From contig CAYLNP010000002.1 in the NCBI GenBank assembly GCA_964384925.1, positions 1 to 50,230 on the forward strand: a DNA stretch of 50,230 nucleotides. Direction: 5' to 3'. Of this stretch, positions 37,970-46,580 are shown piece by piece; the first letter of the stretch is position 1, and each line of letters starts with the position of its first letter. Source of the DNA: an uncultured Woeseiaceae bacterium (GTDB lineage: Bacteria; Pseudomonadota; Gammaproteobacteria; Steroidobacterales; PWYM01). The notes under the pieces are model-generated. The model was not told the DNA's origin, made no database searches, and saw nothing but the letters and a program-made list of their open reading frames with translations. A program made the translations under genes and the position numbers.

Positions 37970-38565
37970 ACCCAGGCACCCGCTGGGTGCTTGCAAGCGA
38001 CAACGATGGCAAACGCCGCGAGCTCGCGGCGTGGTTCACGCCGCTGGGCATCGAGCTTGTTCCCCAGGGCGCGCTGGGATTGAGCGGCGCTGAGGAAACC
38101 GCCGACACCTTTGCCGAGAATGCGCTGCTCAAGGCGCGCGCCGCAGCGGCCTGTGGCCTGCCCGCGCTGGCCGATGACTCGGGGCTCGTCGTTGCGGCCC
38201 TGGACGGCGCTCCCGGCGTGCGCTCCGCGCGTTACGCAGGCCCGCAGGCTGACGACGCAGCGAACATCGAGCGCCTGCTGGCGGCGCTGCGTGAAGTGCC
38301 CGATGGGGCCCGAGCAGCCTGGTTCGTCTGCGTGCTGGTGGTGCTGCGCGCGGTGGATGATCCCGATCCGCTGATCGCCCGTGGGGTCTGGGAGGGCAGC
38401 ATCGCGCGCGCGCCGCGAGGGCACGGCGGCTTCGGCTACGACCCGGTCTTCGAGGTGCCGGCGCTGGGGCTGACTGCTGCGGAATTGACTGCGGAGCGCA
38501 AGAATGCGCTGAGTCATCGTGGCCGCGCACTCGTGGCGCTGCGCGACCTGCTGGGCGGGCGATGA
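37966..38565 (+). CDS. rdgB: RdgB/HAM1 non-canonical purine NTP pyrophosphatase
   Basis: 199 aa. Reads [12 protein letters not shown]...ADDSGL.V.AL.GAPGV.SARY...GFGYDP.F. Start and stop overlap the neighbouring genes. Confidence 0.95.
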   Translation: MNPGTRWVLASDNDGKRRELAAWFTPLGIELVPQGALGLSGAEETADTFAENALLKARAAAACGLPALADDSGLVVAALDGAPGVRSARYAGPQADDAANIERLLAALREVPDGARAAWFVCVLVVLRAVDDPDPLIARGVWEGSIARAPRGHGGFGYDPVFEVPALGLTAAELTAERKNALSHRGRALVALRDLLGGR

Positions 38566-39734
38566 GCGCGGCGCGGGAGTCGCATGTCGACGCGCATGTC
38601 CCGCCGCTGGCGCTGTACGTGCATCTGCCATGGTGCGTGTCGAAGTGTCCGTACTGCGATTTCAACTCGCACAGCCTGCGCGGTGAACTGCCCGAGCAGG
38701 CCTATATTGAAGCCTTGCTCGAAGATGCCGCGCATGACGCCACCTGGGTCGCGGGCCGCGCCATCGAGACGGTCTTCATCGGCGGTGGCACGCCGAGTCT
38801 GTTCAGCGCCCCGGCCATCGGAGAGCTTCTCGACGGACTGGCTGCCCGTCTGCCGCTTGGCGCAGGCAGCGAGATCACGCTGGAGGTCAATCCCGGCACT
38901 GTTGAGCGCGGCAGGCTCGCCGACTATCGGCGCGCCGGCGTCAACCGGCTGTCTATCGGGGCGCAGAGTTTCGATGCCTCGATGCTGCGTGCCCTGGGCA
39001 GGATCCACGGACCGGCGGAGATTTTCGCGGCGGTCGATGAAGCCGTGGCCGGAGGCTTCGACAACTTCAACCTCGACCTGATGTACGCGCTGCCGAGCCA
39101 GGACGTCACGCAGGCGTGCGCGGACCTGCGGGCGGCGCTTTCGCTCTCCCCGTCGCATCTTTCGCATTACCAGCTCACGCTCGAGCCCAATACCCGCTTC
39201 CACAGTGCGCCGCCGCCGCTGCCCGATGAGGACCTCGTGTTCGAGATCGAGGTGGCATGCCGGGCGTTGCTCGGCGAGTCGGGCTTTCATCGCTACGAGG
39301 TGTCGGCCTGGTCGCGACCCGGCAGTGAGTGTCGGCACAATCTCAATTACTGGCGGTTCGGCGATTATCTCGGGCTTGGCGCCGGGGCCCACGGCAAGCA
39401 GACGACGCGGCAGGGGGTGCGCCGGACCCGGCGTCTGGCACATCCGAGGAGTTATCTGGAAGCTGCCGCGCCAAGGCTGGCGGAGGAACGCTGGCCGGAT
39501 GCCGCCGACCTGCAGTTCGAGTTCCTGCTCAACGCCTTGCGGCTGAGGGAGGGCTTCACACCGCAGGCGCTGGCGCAGGCAACACGCAGCGATCCGGATC
39601 GCCTGATGGTGGCGATGGTTGCCGCCAGGGAACGGGGATTGCTGGAAGAGTGCGAGGGACGCTGGCGCGCCAGTGAGCTGGGTTATGTTCACCTGGATGG
39701 CGTGCTGGCGGGCTTTCTGCCCGAGGCCCGATAA
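38562..39734 (+). CDS. hemW: Radical SAM heme chaperone HemW (HemN-like)
   Basis: 390 aa. Reads LYVHLPWCVSKCPYCDFNS...IGGGTPS...NLDLMYALP. Confidence 0.95.
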   Translation: MSAARESHVDAHVPPLALYVHLPWCVSKCPYCDFNSHSLRGELPEQAYIEALLEDAAHDATWVAGRAIETVFIGGGTPSLFSAPAIGELLDGLAARLPLGAGSEITLEVNPGTVERGRLADYRRAGVNRLSIGAQSFDASMLRALGRIHGPAEIFAAVDEAVAGGFDNFNLDLMYALPSQDVTQACADLRAALSLSPSHLSHYQLTLEPNTRFHSAPPPLPDEDLVFEIEVACRALLGESGFHRYEVSAWSRPGSECRHNLNYWRFGDYLGLGAGAHGKQTTRQGVRRTRRLAHPRSYLEAAAPRLAEERWPDAADLQFEFLLNALRLREGFTPQALAQATRSDPDRLMVAMVAARERGLLEECEGRWRASELGYVHLDGVLAGFLPEAR

Positions 39735-39773
39735 GCGCACCCGACCCCCGACGGACCCCGTCACCGGCCGCCG

Positions 39774-39782
39774 TTATACACA
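39774..39782 (+). promoter_or_regulatory. DnaA box TTATACACA (matches TTATNCACA)
   Basis: 9-mer read directly, 40 nt after the hemW stop, at the left edge of the AT-rich island. Confidence 0.5.
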
Positions 39783-39789
39783 GCAGCTG

Positions 39790-39930
39790 CGTATCCCTAG
39801 AAATCAGCCACAAACTGGACGCCTATTAATCCATGGGCTTCGATAAGGGATCTATCTATCTGTTTTTAAAATGTATTAGCCTATTGCGCAATTTTTCGCC
39901 AATCTTGCAGATTCGTAATGTTCATGCGCC
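39790..39930. other. AT-rich non-coding core containing GATCTATCTATCT-GTTTTTAAAATG and the palindromes TTGCGCAA and AATCT-TGC-AGATT
   Basis: By my count 39841-39900 has 21/60 G+C, against a clearly GC-rich surrounding sequence. No credible ORF is present. Confidence 0.6.
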
Positions 39931-39963
39931 TTTGGGCCCTTCGCGGCTGAGATGTGCACAGAG

Positions 39964-39972
39964 TTATCCACA
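39964..39972 (+). promoter_or_regulatory. Perfect consensus DnaA box TTATCCACA
   Basis: 9-mer read directly, in the same orientation as the box at 39774. Confidence 0.55.
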
Positions 39973-39977
39973 GGTTC

Positions 39978-39986
39978 TGTGAATAT
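39978..39986 (-). promoter_or_regulatory. Inverted DnaA-box-like 9-mer TGTGAATAT (one mismatch to TGTGNATAA)
   Basis: It lies 5 bp downstream of the perfect box, giving an oppositely oriented pair. Confidence 0.3.
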
Positions 39987-40017
39987 CGCCCGGCTGTGGT
40001 CGGACGCGTGGGGCGGG

Positions 40018-40046
40018 TTGCCAGTCGGCGGACAGCCCGGTATCAT
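40018..40046 (+). promoter_or_regulatory. Candidate sigma-70 promoter for rpmE: TTGCCA-N17-TATCAT
   Basis: Hexamers and the 17-nt spacer were read directly. It lies about 105 nt upstream of the rpmE ATG. Confidence 0.45.
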
Positions 40047-40053
40047 GGCCGGC

Positions 40054-40099
40054 CCGATGCGAGCACCGGCGTGCAGACGCGGAGCCATCGGTGTGTTTT
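40054..40099 (+). promoter_or_regulatory. Leader stem-loop (CCGATG...CATCGG with an inner GCGT-GCAG-ACGC hairpin) followed by TGTGTTTTC; possible attenuator in the rpmE 5' UTR
   Basis: Complementary arms were read directly. No folding energy was computed. Confidence 0.3.
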
Positions 40100-40152
40100 C
40101 ACCTCAATCACCGGAATCCCCAGTGGGCGGTTCCCATATCAGGCAGCGGGCC

Positions 40153-40359
40153 ATGAAAGCCGAGATCCATCCCGAATACACAGACATCACCGTGACCTGC
40201 AGTTGCGGCAATGTGTTTCAGACCCGCTCCACCCTGGGGCATGACCTGCAGGTCGAGGTCTGTTCGCAGTGCCACCCGTTCTACACGGGCAAGCAGAAGA
40301 TCGTCGATACGGGCGGTCGCGTCGACAAGTTCCGACGCAAGTACGGTATGGGTGGCTGA
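40153..40359 (+). CDS. rpmE: 50S ribosomal protein L31 (Cys-containing, zinc-binding type A)
   Basis: The internal ATG of ORF 39952-40359 gives [64 protein letters not shown]. Confidence 0.95.
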   Translation: MKAEIHPEYTDITVTCSCGNVFQTRSTLGHDLQVEVCSQCHPFYTGKQKIVDTGGRVDKFRRKYGMGG

Positions 40360-40460
40360 AACACCGCGCCGACGCCCCACCGCGACCCGTCGCGCTTCAC
40401 AGTCCGGCGGGTTTGCTTTGTCAGGGTCCGGCACGACTGCGCGCGCCACGCCAGCAGCTT

Positions 40461-40490
40461 TTGGCGGCAGCCCCTCGGCGAGCATATAAT
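40461..40490 (+). promoter_or_regulatory. Candidate sigma-70 promoter for gltA: TTGGCG-N18-TATAAT
   Basis: Perfect -10 hexamer read directly, about 100 nt upstream of the gltA ATG. Confidence 0.45.
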
Positions 40491-40588
40491 CTGGCGCTCC
40501 TCGCAGCGGCAAAATTTCCGGTCACGCGATCATATCGGGCAGCGGTCCGGCGGACCGGCTGCGACAACACCACGGGCAGGATGAGTGC

Positions 40589-41884
40589 ATGACCAACAAG
40601 AACTACGAGCTGGTGAATCCCCAGACCGGTGAAAGGGTGGCTCTGCCACTGCGCGTTCCGACAGTCGGGCCGTCGGTGGTGGATATCGGCAGCCTGTACG
40701 CCGACCAGGGGATCTTCACCTACGATCCCGGCTTCGCGGCCACTGCGGCCTGCGAAAGCAAGATCACCTACATCGATGGCGACGAGGGCGTGCTGCTGTA
40801 TCGCGGCTATCCCGTCGAGCAGCTTGCCGAGCACTCGAGCTTCGTCGAGGTTGCCTATCTGCTGCTTTACGGCAGCCTGCCAAAGGCCGATGAGCTCAGC
40901 ACCTTCGAGCGCTCGCTGCGTATGCACACGATGTTGCATGAAAGCCTGCTGCGCTTCTTCAACGGGTTTCACTACAACGCCCATCCCATGGCCATGGTCT
41001 CGGGTGTCGTGGCATCGATGTCGGCCTTCTATCACGACACGATGAATCTGAAGAACCCGAAGCACATCGACATTTTCGCCCATCGCATCATTGCCAAACT
41101 GCCGACCATCGCCGCTGCAGCCTACAAGCACTCGCTGGGCCAGCCGTTCATGTACCCGCAGAATCATCTCGACTACTGCAGCAACATGCTGCACATGTTC
41201 TTTTCGGTGCCCGCTGAGGAATACGAGATCAACACCGTGGCCGCCCGTGCCCTGGATCTGCTGTTCATCCTGCATGCCGATCACGAACAGAACTGCTCGA
41301 CCTCGACGGTGCGACTGGCGGGCAGTTCCGGCACCAATCCGTATTCGGCGATCGCAGCCGGCATCTCCGCGCTGTGGGGGCCGGCGCACGGCGGCGCGAA
41401 TGAAGCCGTGCTGACGATGCTCAATCAGATCGGCAGTACCGACAACATCGAGAAGTTCGTCGCCAAGGCCAAGGACAAGAACGACCCGTTCCGCCTGATG
41501 GGCTTCGGGCACCGCGTCTACAAGAACTTCGATCCCCGCGCCAAGCTGATACGCAAGATGTGCCACGAGGTGCTGGCCGAACTCGGCGACCAGAACGACC
41601 CGATGTTCGAACTCGCCCTGCGCCTGGAGGAAGTCGCGCTCAAGGACGACTACTTCGTGGAAAAGAAGCTCTATCCAAATGTGGATTTCTACTCCGGCAT
41701 CATCTACCGCGCCCTGGGCATACCGGTGTCGATGTTCACGGTGATGTTTGCCATTGCACGCACCGTGGGCTGGGTGGCGCACTGGAGCGAGATGAATGCC
41801 GATCCGGGCGGCCGTATCGGCAGGCCGCGCCAGCTCTATACCGGCCCCGGGCTTCGCGACTACCAGCCCGTCGACAAGCGCTGA
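40589..41884 (+). CDS. gltA: Citrate synthase (type II)
   Basis: 431 aa. Reads [17 protein letters not shown]...[14 protein letters not shown]...[14 protein letters not shown]. Confidence 0.95.
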   Translation: MTNKNYELVNPQTGERVALPLRVPTVGPSVVDIGSLYADQGIFTYDPGFAATAACESKITYIDGDEGVLLYRGYPVEQLAEHSSFVEVAYLLLYGSLPKADELSTFERSLRMHTMLHESLLRFFNGFHYNAHPMAMVSGVVASMSAFYHDTMNLKNPKHIDIFAHRIIAKLPTIAAAAYKHSLGQPFMYPQNHLDYCSNMLHMFFSVPAEEYEINTVAARALDLLFILHADHEQNCSTSTVRLAGSSGTNPYSAIAAGISALWGPAHGGANEAVLTMLNQIGSTDNIEKFVAKAKDKNDPFRLMGFGHRVYKNFDPRAKLIRKMCHEVLAELGDQNDPMFELALRLEEVALKDDYFVEKKLYPNVDFYSGIIYRALGIPVSMFTVMFAIARTVGWVAHWSEMNADPGGRIGRPRQLYTGPGLRDYQPVDKR

Positions 41885-41897
41885 ACCGCCCGGCGGG

Positions 41898-42503
41898 TCA
41901 GCGCGCCGGCGCCTCGGGGTTCAGCAGCGCCAGCACGTCTGCCAGACCGGCACGGCGCATGGGTCGGCCATCGATCGGCGACAGCGGCGCCTGGCGTACA
42001 CCCTGGGTTGGAAACACCGTGATCTCCACCGGCACATCACCGGCGACGAAACGCGCTGCCGGGAAGGTCTCGTAACCCGCCCCGGCGCGGGTGCGCAGCC
42101 GGCGCTCGAAGCTCTCGAAGGGGATGCGTCGGTCCAGCAACACCATCAGGACCTCCTCGGCGGGTTCGGCGAACAGGTGAAGGTTCACCGCAGAGGCCTC
42201 GGTGGCTGTCCCGGCCAGCACCGGGCCGACCAGGCGTGGCCGAAACGCCTCGAGCAGACCCATCGCCTGCACGGCGGTTTCGCGCATCTCGCGGATGCGC
42301 GCATCATGGGCTTCGCCGCCAAACAGTCGTTGCAGCGTGATCAGCGCCTGTTCCACCTCGCTGTTTCTGGGCAGCGACATGTGGGCCGGCAAGCCGAGGC
42401 GTTCGCGCGCCTTGCGCTTGGCCAGTCCGTAGTCGTCGACTGCTTCGTCGAATATGATCCGCGCGGCCTCTTCGGCCAGCCGCTGTGCCGCACTGCTGGA
42501 CAT
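41898..42503 (-). CDS. Conserved hypothetical protein, function unknown (possible degenerate nucleotidyltransferase-fold core)
   Basis: 201-aa ORF with ordinary composition. It fits tightly between the convergent gltA (13 nt) and mrcA (21 nt). The segment RLVGPVLAGTATEASAVNLHLF resembles the GS-x-ARG-x-A-x-SDxDL nucleotidyltransferase motif but lacks the acidic residues. Confidence 0.6.
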   Translation of the reverse strand: MSSSAAQRLAEEAARIIFDEAVDDYGLAKRKARERLGLPAHMSLPRNSEVEQALITLQRLFGGEAHDARIREMRETAVQAMGLLEAFRPRLVGPVLAGTATEASAVNLHLFAEPAEEVLMVLLDRRIPFESFERRLRTRAGAGYETFPAARFVAGDVPVEITVFPTQGVRQAPLSPIDGRPMRRAGLADVLALLNPEAPAR

Positions 42504-42524
42504 GTTTCCCGTCGCTCCGGCGCG

Positions 42525-45083
42525 CTAGAACAGCTCAGAGTCGTCGAAGTCGTCGCGACGCACCTCCAGCCCTGCGCCGTCGCGGCCTTCCTCGCTGGGC
42601 GGCACGCGACCGACCTCGAAAACCTCGAGCACACTGTTGGAGGTGCCGGCCGCCGCCACCAGGCCACTGGCCGGCGAGATGCGCACCTCGACCAGGCCGG
42701 CGGGGCGCTCGGGCCGCCGCAGCGCAGTGCCGGCCAGCGCCGGCGCCATGAAGTAGTTCCACATCGGCAGCGCGGTGCGCCCGCCCTCCTCGCGCAGCCC
42801 CAGCGAGCGCTCCTGATCGAAGCCCACCCAGGCTGTCGCCACCAGGTCGGCGTTGTAGCCGGAAAACCAGGCGTCCCGCCGGTCGTTGGAGGTGCCGGTC
42901 TTCCCGGCGATGTCGTCACGACCCACATCGCGACGCGCGCGCTGCCCGGTCCCCCGCCGGATCACGTCGGCCATCATGTCGCTGACGATCCATGCATTCT
43001 GCGGCGAGATCACCCTGGGTGCGACGCGCTGTTCGGGCTGACCCGGCACGTCGGTGCCGCGGATTTCCTCGAGCGCCACCAGGCTGGGCCTGGCGGCGGG
43101 ATCGGTCGAATTCGTCTCCACCGGATAGGGTTGCCGCAGGTCGGGTACCGTCATGAATTCGTCCGTGCGTGTGCCCGGCCGCACGTCGTCGCCTTCCTGC
43201 AGGCAGGTATAGCAATCCGCAGCCGCGGGTGCCGCCTCGAAGACGACCTCGCCCGCACTGTCCTCGATCCGCTGGATGAAGTAGGGCTCCACGCGATACC
43301 CGCCGTTCGCAAACACGGCATAGCCACCGGTAAGCTCCAGCGGCGTGGCCGATCCGGCACCCAGCGCAAGCGTGGGATTGCGCGGCAGCGCCGCCTCCGA
43401 GAGTCCGAAGGCCTGCAGGTGCGACACCGTGTTGCCGACCCCGGCGCCCAGCAGGACACGCACCGAAACCAGGTTCAGCGACCGTACCAGCGCCTCGCGC
43501 ATGCGCGTGGGCCCGTTCCACTGGCGCGAGTAGTTTTCGGGCCGCCAGGCCTGTTCGAGCTCCGAGCTCTCGAACACCAGCGGTGCGTCGTTGACGACAC
43601 TGGCGGCAGTGTAGCCATGCTCCAGCGCAGCCGAGAACACGAACGGCTTGAACGCCGACCCGGGCTGCCGACGGGCCTGGGTCACCCGGTTGAACTTGCT
43701 GACAAAGTAATCGAACCCGCCTGCCAGGGCGACGACGGCACCGTCGGCCGGATCCAGCGCCACCAGCGCACCCTGTGCCTCGGGCAGCTGGGCAAGCGTC
43801 CAGCTGCCGTCCGCAAGCTCCACCAGGTAGACCACATCGCCCGCCACCATCACGTCGGCGGCCGTTTCCGGGGCAGGGCCCAGGTTGTCGGTACTGATGT
43901 GCCGTCGCGCCCACGAAAGCCCCGACCAGCTCACCTCGACCGTCGTTCCGAGACGCCGCAGGAACACCTGTGCATCGCGTTCGCCGACGCTGGTGACCAG
44001 TCCGACGCGCAGCACCGCGGGCTCTGGAAAGTCGCCGAGCAGATCATGGAAATGGCGTGTCTCCTCGACGCCGTCGGGCGCTACCAGGCCCTCGGGCTGA
44101 AAGCGCGCCAGTGCGCCGCGCCAGCCGTGCCGACGATCGTATTCCAGCAAAGCCTGGCGCAGTGCGCGGTCCGCGGCCGCCTGCAGCCGGCTGTCTACAG
44201 TGGTGACAACGCGGAAGCCGCCCTCGTAGACTTCCTGCCCGAAACGCTGCAGCAACTCCATGCGCACCATCTCTGCGACATACGGCGCATCGAGCTCCAC
44301 GCGCGGCCCATGCAGTCGCGAGACCATCGGCTGCATTCGCGCCTCGTCGTGTTCCTGTTCCGTGATGAAGCCGATCTCCAGCATGCGGCGCAGCACGTAG
44401 GTGCGTCGGGTCTCGGCCATCTGCGGGCTGCGCACCGGGTTGTACAGGGACGGCGCCTGGGGAAGGCCCGCGATCGTCGCCATCTCCGCCAGATCGAGCT
44501 CGTCGAGGGACTTGCCGAAGAACACCTGCGCTGCGGCCGACACGCCGAACGCCCGCTGGCCCAGGAAGATCATGTTGAGGTAGAGCTCGAGAATCTCGTC
44601 CTTGCTCAGCTGCTCTTCGATGCGGCGCGCCAGAAAAATCTCGCGCGTCTTGCGCACGACCGTCTGCTCGGGCGACAGGAAGGTGACCTTGGCAAGCTGC
44701 TGGGTGATGGTGCTGCCCCCGCCACGGCTGACCCGTCCGGTGGTCGCCCATCCAAGGGCTGCGCGCGTGATGCCCTGAAGATCGAACCCCGGATGGCTGT
44801 AGAAGCGCTCGTCCTCGGCCGCGATGAAAGCCTGGACAAGGCGCTCGGGGACCCTGTCCAGCGCCACAGGATCCCGCCGCCGCTCCCCCATCTGCGCCAT
44901 CAGTCGGCCGTCGCGGCTGTAAATGCTCAAAGGTACCTGCAAACGCAGATCGCGCAGGTCGCGCGCGTCGGGCAGGCTGGGCAGCAGATACAGGTACGCC
45001 CCGGCCACTGTGGCGAATGCGGCCAGCGCGAATGCGGCCAGCAGCGCCCCTATCGAGAGTGGAATAAAAACATAAGGCTTCAT
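42525..45083 (-). CDS. mrcA: Penicillin-binding protein 1A (bifunctional glycosyltransferase/transpeptidase)
   Basis: 852 aa. Glycosyltransferase motif EDERFYSHPGFD...RKTREI; transpeptidase motifs SAFKPF, SLN and KTGT. It is divergent from pilM, as in Pseudomonas. Confidence 0.95.
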   Translation of the reverse strand: MKPYVFIPLSIGALLAAFALAAFATVAGAYLYLLPSLPDARDLRDLRLQVPLSIYSRDGRLMAQMGERRRDPVALDRVPERLVQAFIAAEDERFYSHPGFDLQGITRAALGWATTGRVSRGGGSTITQQLAKVTFLSPEQTVVRKTREIFLARRIEEQLSKDEILELYLNMIFLGQRAFGVSAAAQVFFGKSLDELDLAEMATIAGLPQAPSLYNPVRSPQMAETRRTYVLRRMLEIGFITEQEHDEARMQPMVSRLHGPRVELDAPYVAEMVRMELLQRFGQEVYEGGFRVVTTVDSRLQAAADRALRQALLEYDRRHGWRGALARFQPEGLVAPDGVEETRHFHDLLGDFPEPAVLRVGLVTSVGERDAQVFLRRLGTTVEVSWSGLSWARRHISTDNLGPAPETAADVMVAGDVVYLVELADGSWTLAQLPEAQGALVALDPADGAVVALAGGFDYFVSKFNRVTQARRQPGSAFKPFVFSAALEHGYTAASVVNDAPLVFESSELEQAWRPENYSRQWNGPTRMREALVRSLNLVSVRVLLGAGVGNTVSHLQAFGLSEAALPRNPTLALGAGSATPLELTGGYAVFANGGYRVEPYFIQRIEDSAGEVVFEAAPAAADCYTCLQEGDDVRPGTRTDEFMTVPDLRQPYPVETNSTDPAARPSLVALEEIRGTDVPGQPEQRVAPRVISPQNAWIVSDMMADVIRRGTGQRARRDVGRDDIAGKTGTSNDRRDAWFSGYNADLVATAWVGFDQERSLGLREEGGRTALPMWNYFMAPALAGTALRRPERPAGLVEVRISPASGLVAAAGTSNSVLEVFEVGRVPPSEEGRDGAGLEVRRDDFDDSELF

Positions 45084-45442
45084 GGTAGAAACCGCATTTA
45101 AGTCCTTGCTAGAACAGGTTCAATTATGCATAGTAACCCGCAATCCGAGCGCAGGGCACGGGCCGTGATCGGCCTGACCACACTGCGCCATGGGGCGGGA
45201 CACGGGGTTTGCGGGGAGGCCATCATCATACTCACGCCTGCGGGCGACCCGCGCGATGCACAAGGTCGTGTGGAAGACCGCTGAAAACCGGAAATGTTGT
45301 GAGGAAAGAATCGGTCGGCGGCATTTTTTGCTACGCAGTTGGCAGTTTCTGAAGCTTGAGCTAGCCATTATACGCCGACGCTCCGTGACGCCCTGCCGTC
45401 GACGGAGCGGGCGGCGACAGCGGGCGACGCTGACAGACAGCG

Positions 45443-45451
45443 TGATATATA
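45443..45451 (+). promoter_or_regulatory. Candidate extended -10 promoter element TG-A-TATATA upstream of pilM
   Basis: Read directly. It lies about 68 nt upstream of the pilM GTG. No good -35 is present. Confidence 0.3.
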
Positions 45452-45518
45452 GTTAAATCGGCCCTCGCAGAGCGGCGGTCTTCAGGCAGCGCAAGGCTCT
45501 ACGGAAAAAGGAAAAAAC

Positions 45519-46580
45519 GTGTTTCTCCGGCGCCAGAAAAAGCCCCTGATTGGACTTGACATAACCACTTCGTCGATCAAGCTCATCGAGCTGGTCCAGG
45601 CGGGTCGGGGCTTCCGCGTGGAAGCCTATGCCGCCGAGCCCACCCCGGTGAACGCGGTCAATGAAAAGGTCATCGTCGACAGCGACGCTGTGGGCGAAGC
45701 CATCGGGCGCGCCCTGAAGCGCTCCGGTTCACGCAATCGCGACGTTGCCATCGCCATTTCGGGTGATGCGGCGATCACCAAGATCATCCAGATGCCCGGG
45801 AACATCTCCGAGGCGGACATGGAAGGCCAGGTCGAACTGCAGGCCGACCAGTACATTCCTTTCCCGATGGAAGAGGTCAGCTTCGACTACGAGATCGTCG
45901 GGCCGTCAGCCAAGGACCCCGATGCACTCGATGTGCTGCTGGTGGCCACGCGCACAGAGAACGTCGATCAGCGGGTGGCCGCGGTCGAAGCCGCAGGCAT
46001 GACGGTACGCCTGGTCGATGTCGAGGCCTTCGCGCTCGAAAACGCCTGTCGTCTGCTGACCCACCAGATGCCGGAAAACGGCGTCGACCGCCAGGTTGCC
46101 GTGGTCGATTTCGGTGCCAGCACGACCACGTTCAGCGTGCTGCACGACCTGCGTGTGGTGTACACCCGCGACTTCGCTTTTGGTGGCCAGCAGCTCACCG
46201 AAGAGATCATGCGCACGTACGGCCTGTCGCTCGAGGATGCCGGACGCGCCAAGAAGGAGGGCGGTCTGCCCAGCAACTACGGTCCCGAAGTGCTCGATGC
46301 CTTCATCGATGACATGACCCAGCAGGTCAGCCGCAGCCTGCAGTTCTTTCTGGCCTCCGGCAGTGGCCGTGAGCAGCCTGACCAGATTCTGGTGTGTGGC
46401 GGCTGCGCGAACATTCCGGGGGTTGCCGACGTGATCGCCAGCCGCGTGGGTATTCCCACCGAGATCGGCGATCCGCTTGGCCAGATGAAGATCGGCTCAC
46501 GACCGAAATCGCAGAACGTGAAGAAGGATTCCACGGCTTTGCTGATCGCCTGCGGTCTGGCGCTGAGGAGTTTTGACTGA
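45519..46580 (+). CDS. pilM: Type IV pilus assembly protein PilM (actin-like ATPase fold)
   Basis: 353 aa with a GTG start after AAGGAAAAAAC. Reads LIGLDITTSSIKLIEL...VVDFGASTTTFSVL...ILVCGGCANIPG. Confidence 0.95.
   Translation: MFLRRQKKPLIGLDITTSSIKLIELVQAGRGFRVEAYAAEPTPVNAVNEKVIVDSDAVGEAIGRALKRSGSRNRDVAIAISGDAAITKIIQMPGNISEADMEGQVELQADQYIPFPMEEVSFDYEIVGPSAKDPDALDVLLVATRTENVDQRVAAVEAAGMTVRLVDVEAFALENACRLLTHQMPENGVDRQVAVVDFGASTTTFSVLHDLRVVYTRDFAFGGQQLTEEIMRTYGLSLEDAGRAKKEGGLPSNYGPEVLDAFIDDMTQQVSRSLQFFLASGSGREQPDQILVCGGCANIPGVADVIASRVGIPTEIGDPLGQMKIGSRPKSQNVKKDSTALLIACGLALRSFD

Noticed and set aside
34110-37996. Long antisense ORFs (34110-36257 plus, 715 aa; 36164-37996 minus, 610 aa) across rpoZ, gmk, yicC, the PP2C gene and rph.
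   Set aside because: These are shadow ORFs. The annotated strand carries textbook motifs in every case.
39876-40088. Small ORFs inside the hemW-rpmE gap: a 70-aa minus-strand ORF, and the 67-codon upstream extension of rpmE from 39952.
   Set aside because: They have no protein-like composition or ribosome-binding context. The L31 sequence begins cleanly at 40153. The region is better explained as regulatory DNA.
41796-45101. A 1101-aa plus-strand ORF antisense to mrcA and the hypothetical gene.
   Set aside because: It is Arg/His/Gln/Gly-rich and low in complexity, with no recognisable motifs. It is exactly antisense to a gene with clear PBP1A motifs. This is the typical stop-codon-poor shadow ORF of GC-rich DNA.
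45340-45356. A sigma-54-like TGGCAG...AAGC motif upstream of pilM.
   Set aside because: The GG-to-GC spacing is one nucleotide too long, and the -12 element is AAGC rather than TTGC. That is too weak to call.
45120-45456. The 82-aa (minus) and 88-aa (plus) ORFs in the ponA-pilM spacer.
   Set aside because: They are Arg/Cys/Ser-rich, overlap each other, and lack Shine-Dalgarno sequences, so they are probably non-coding.
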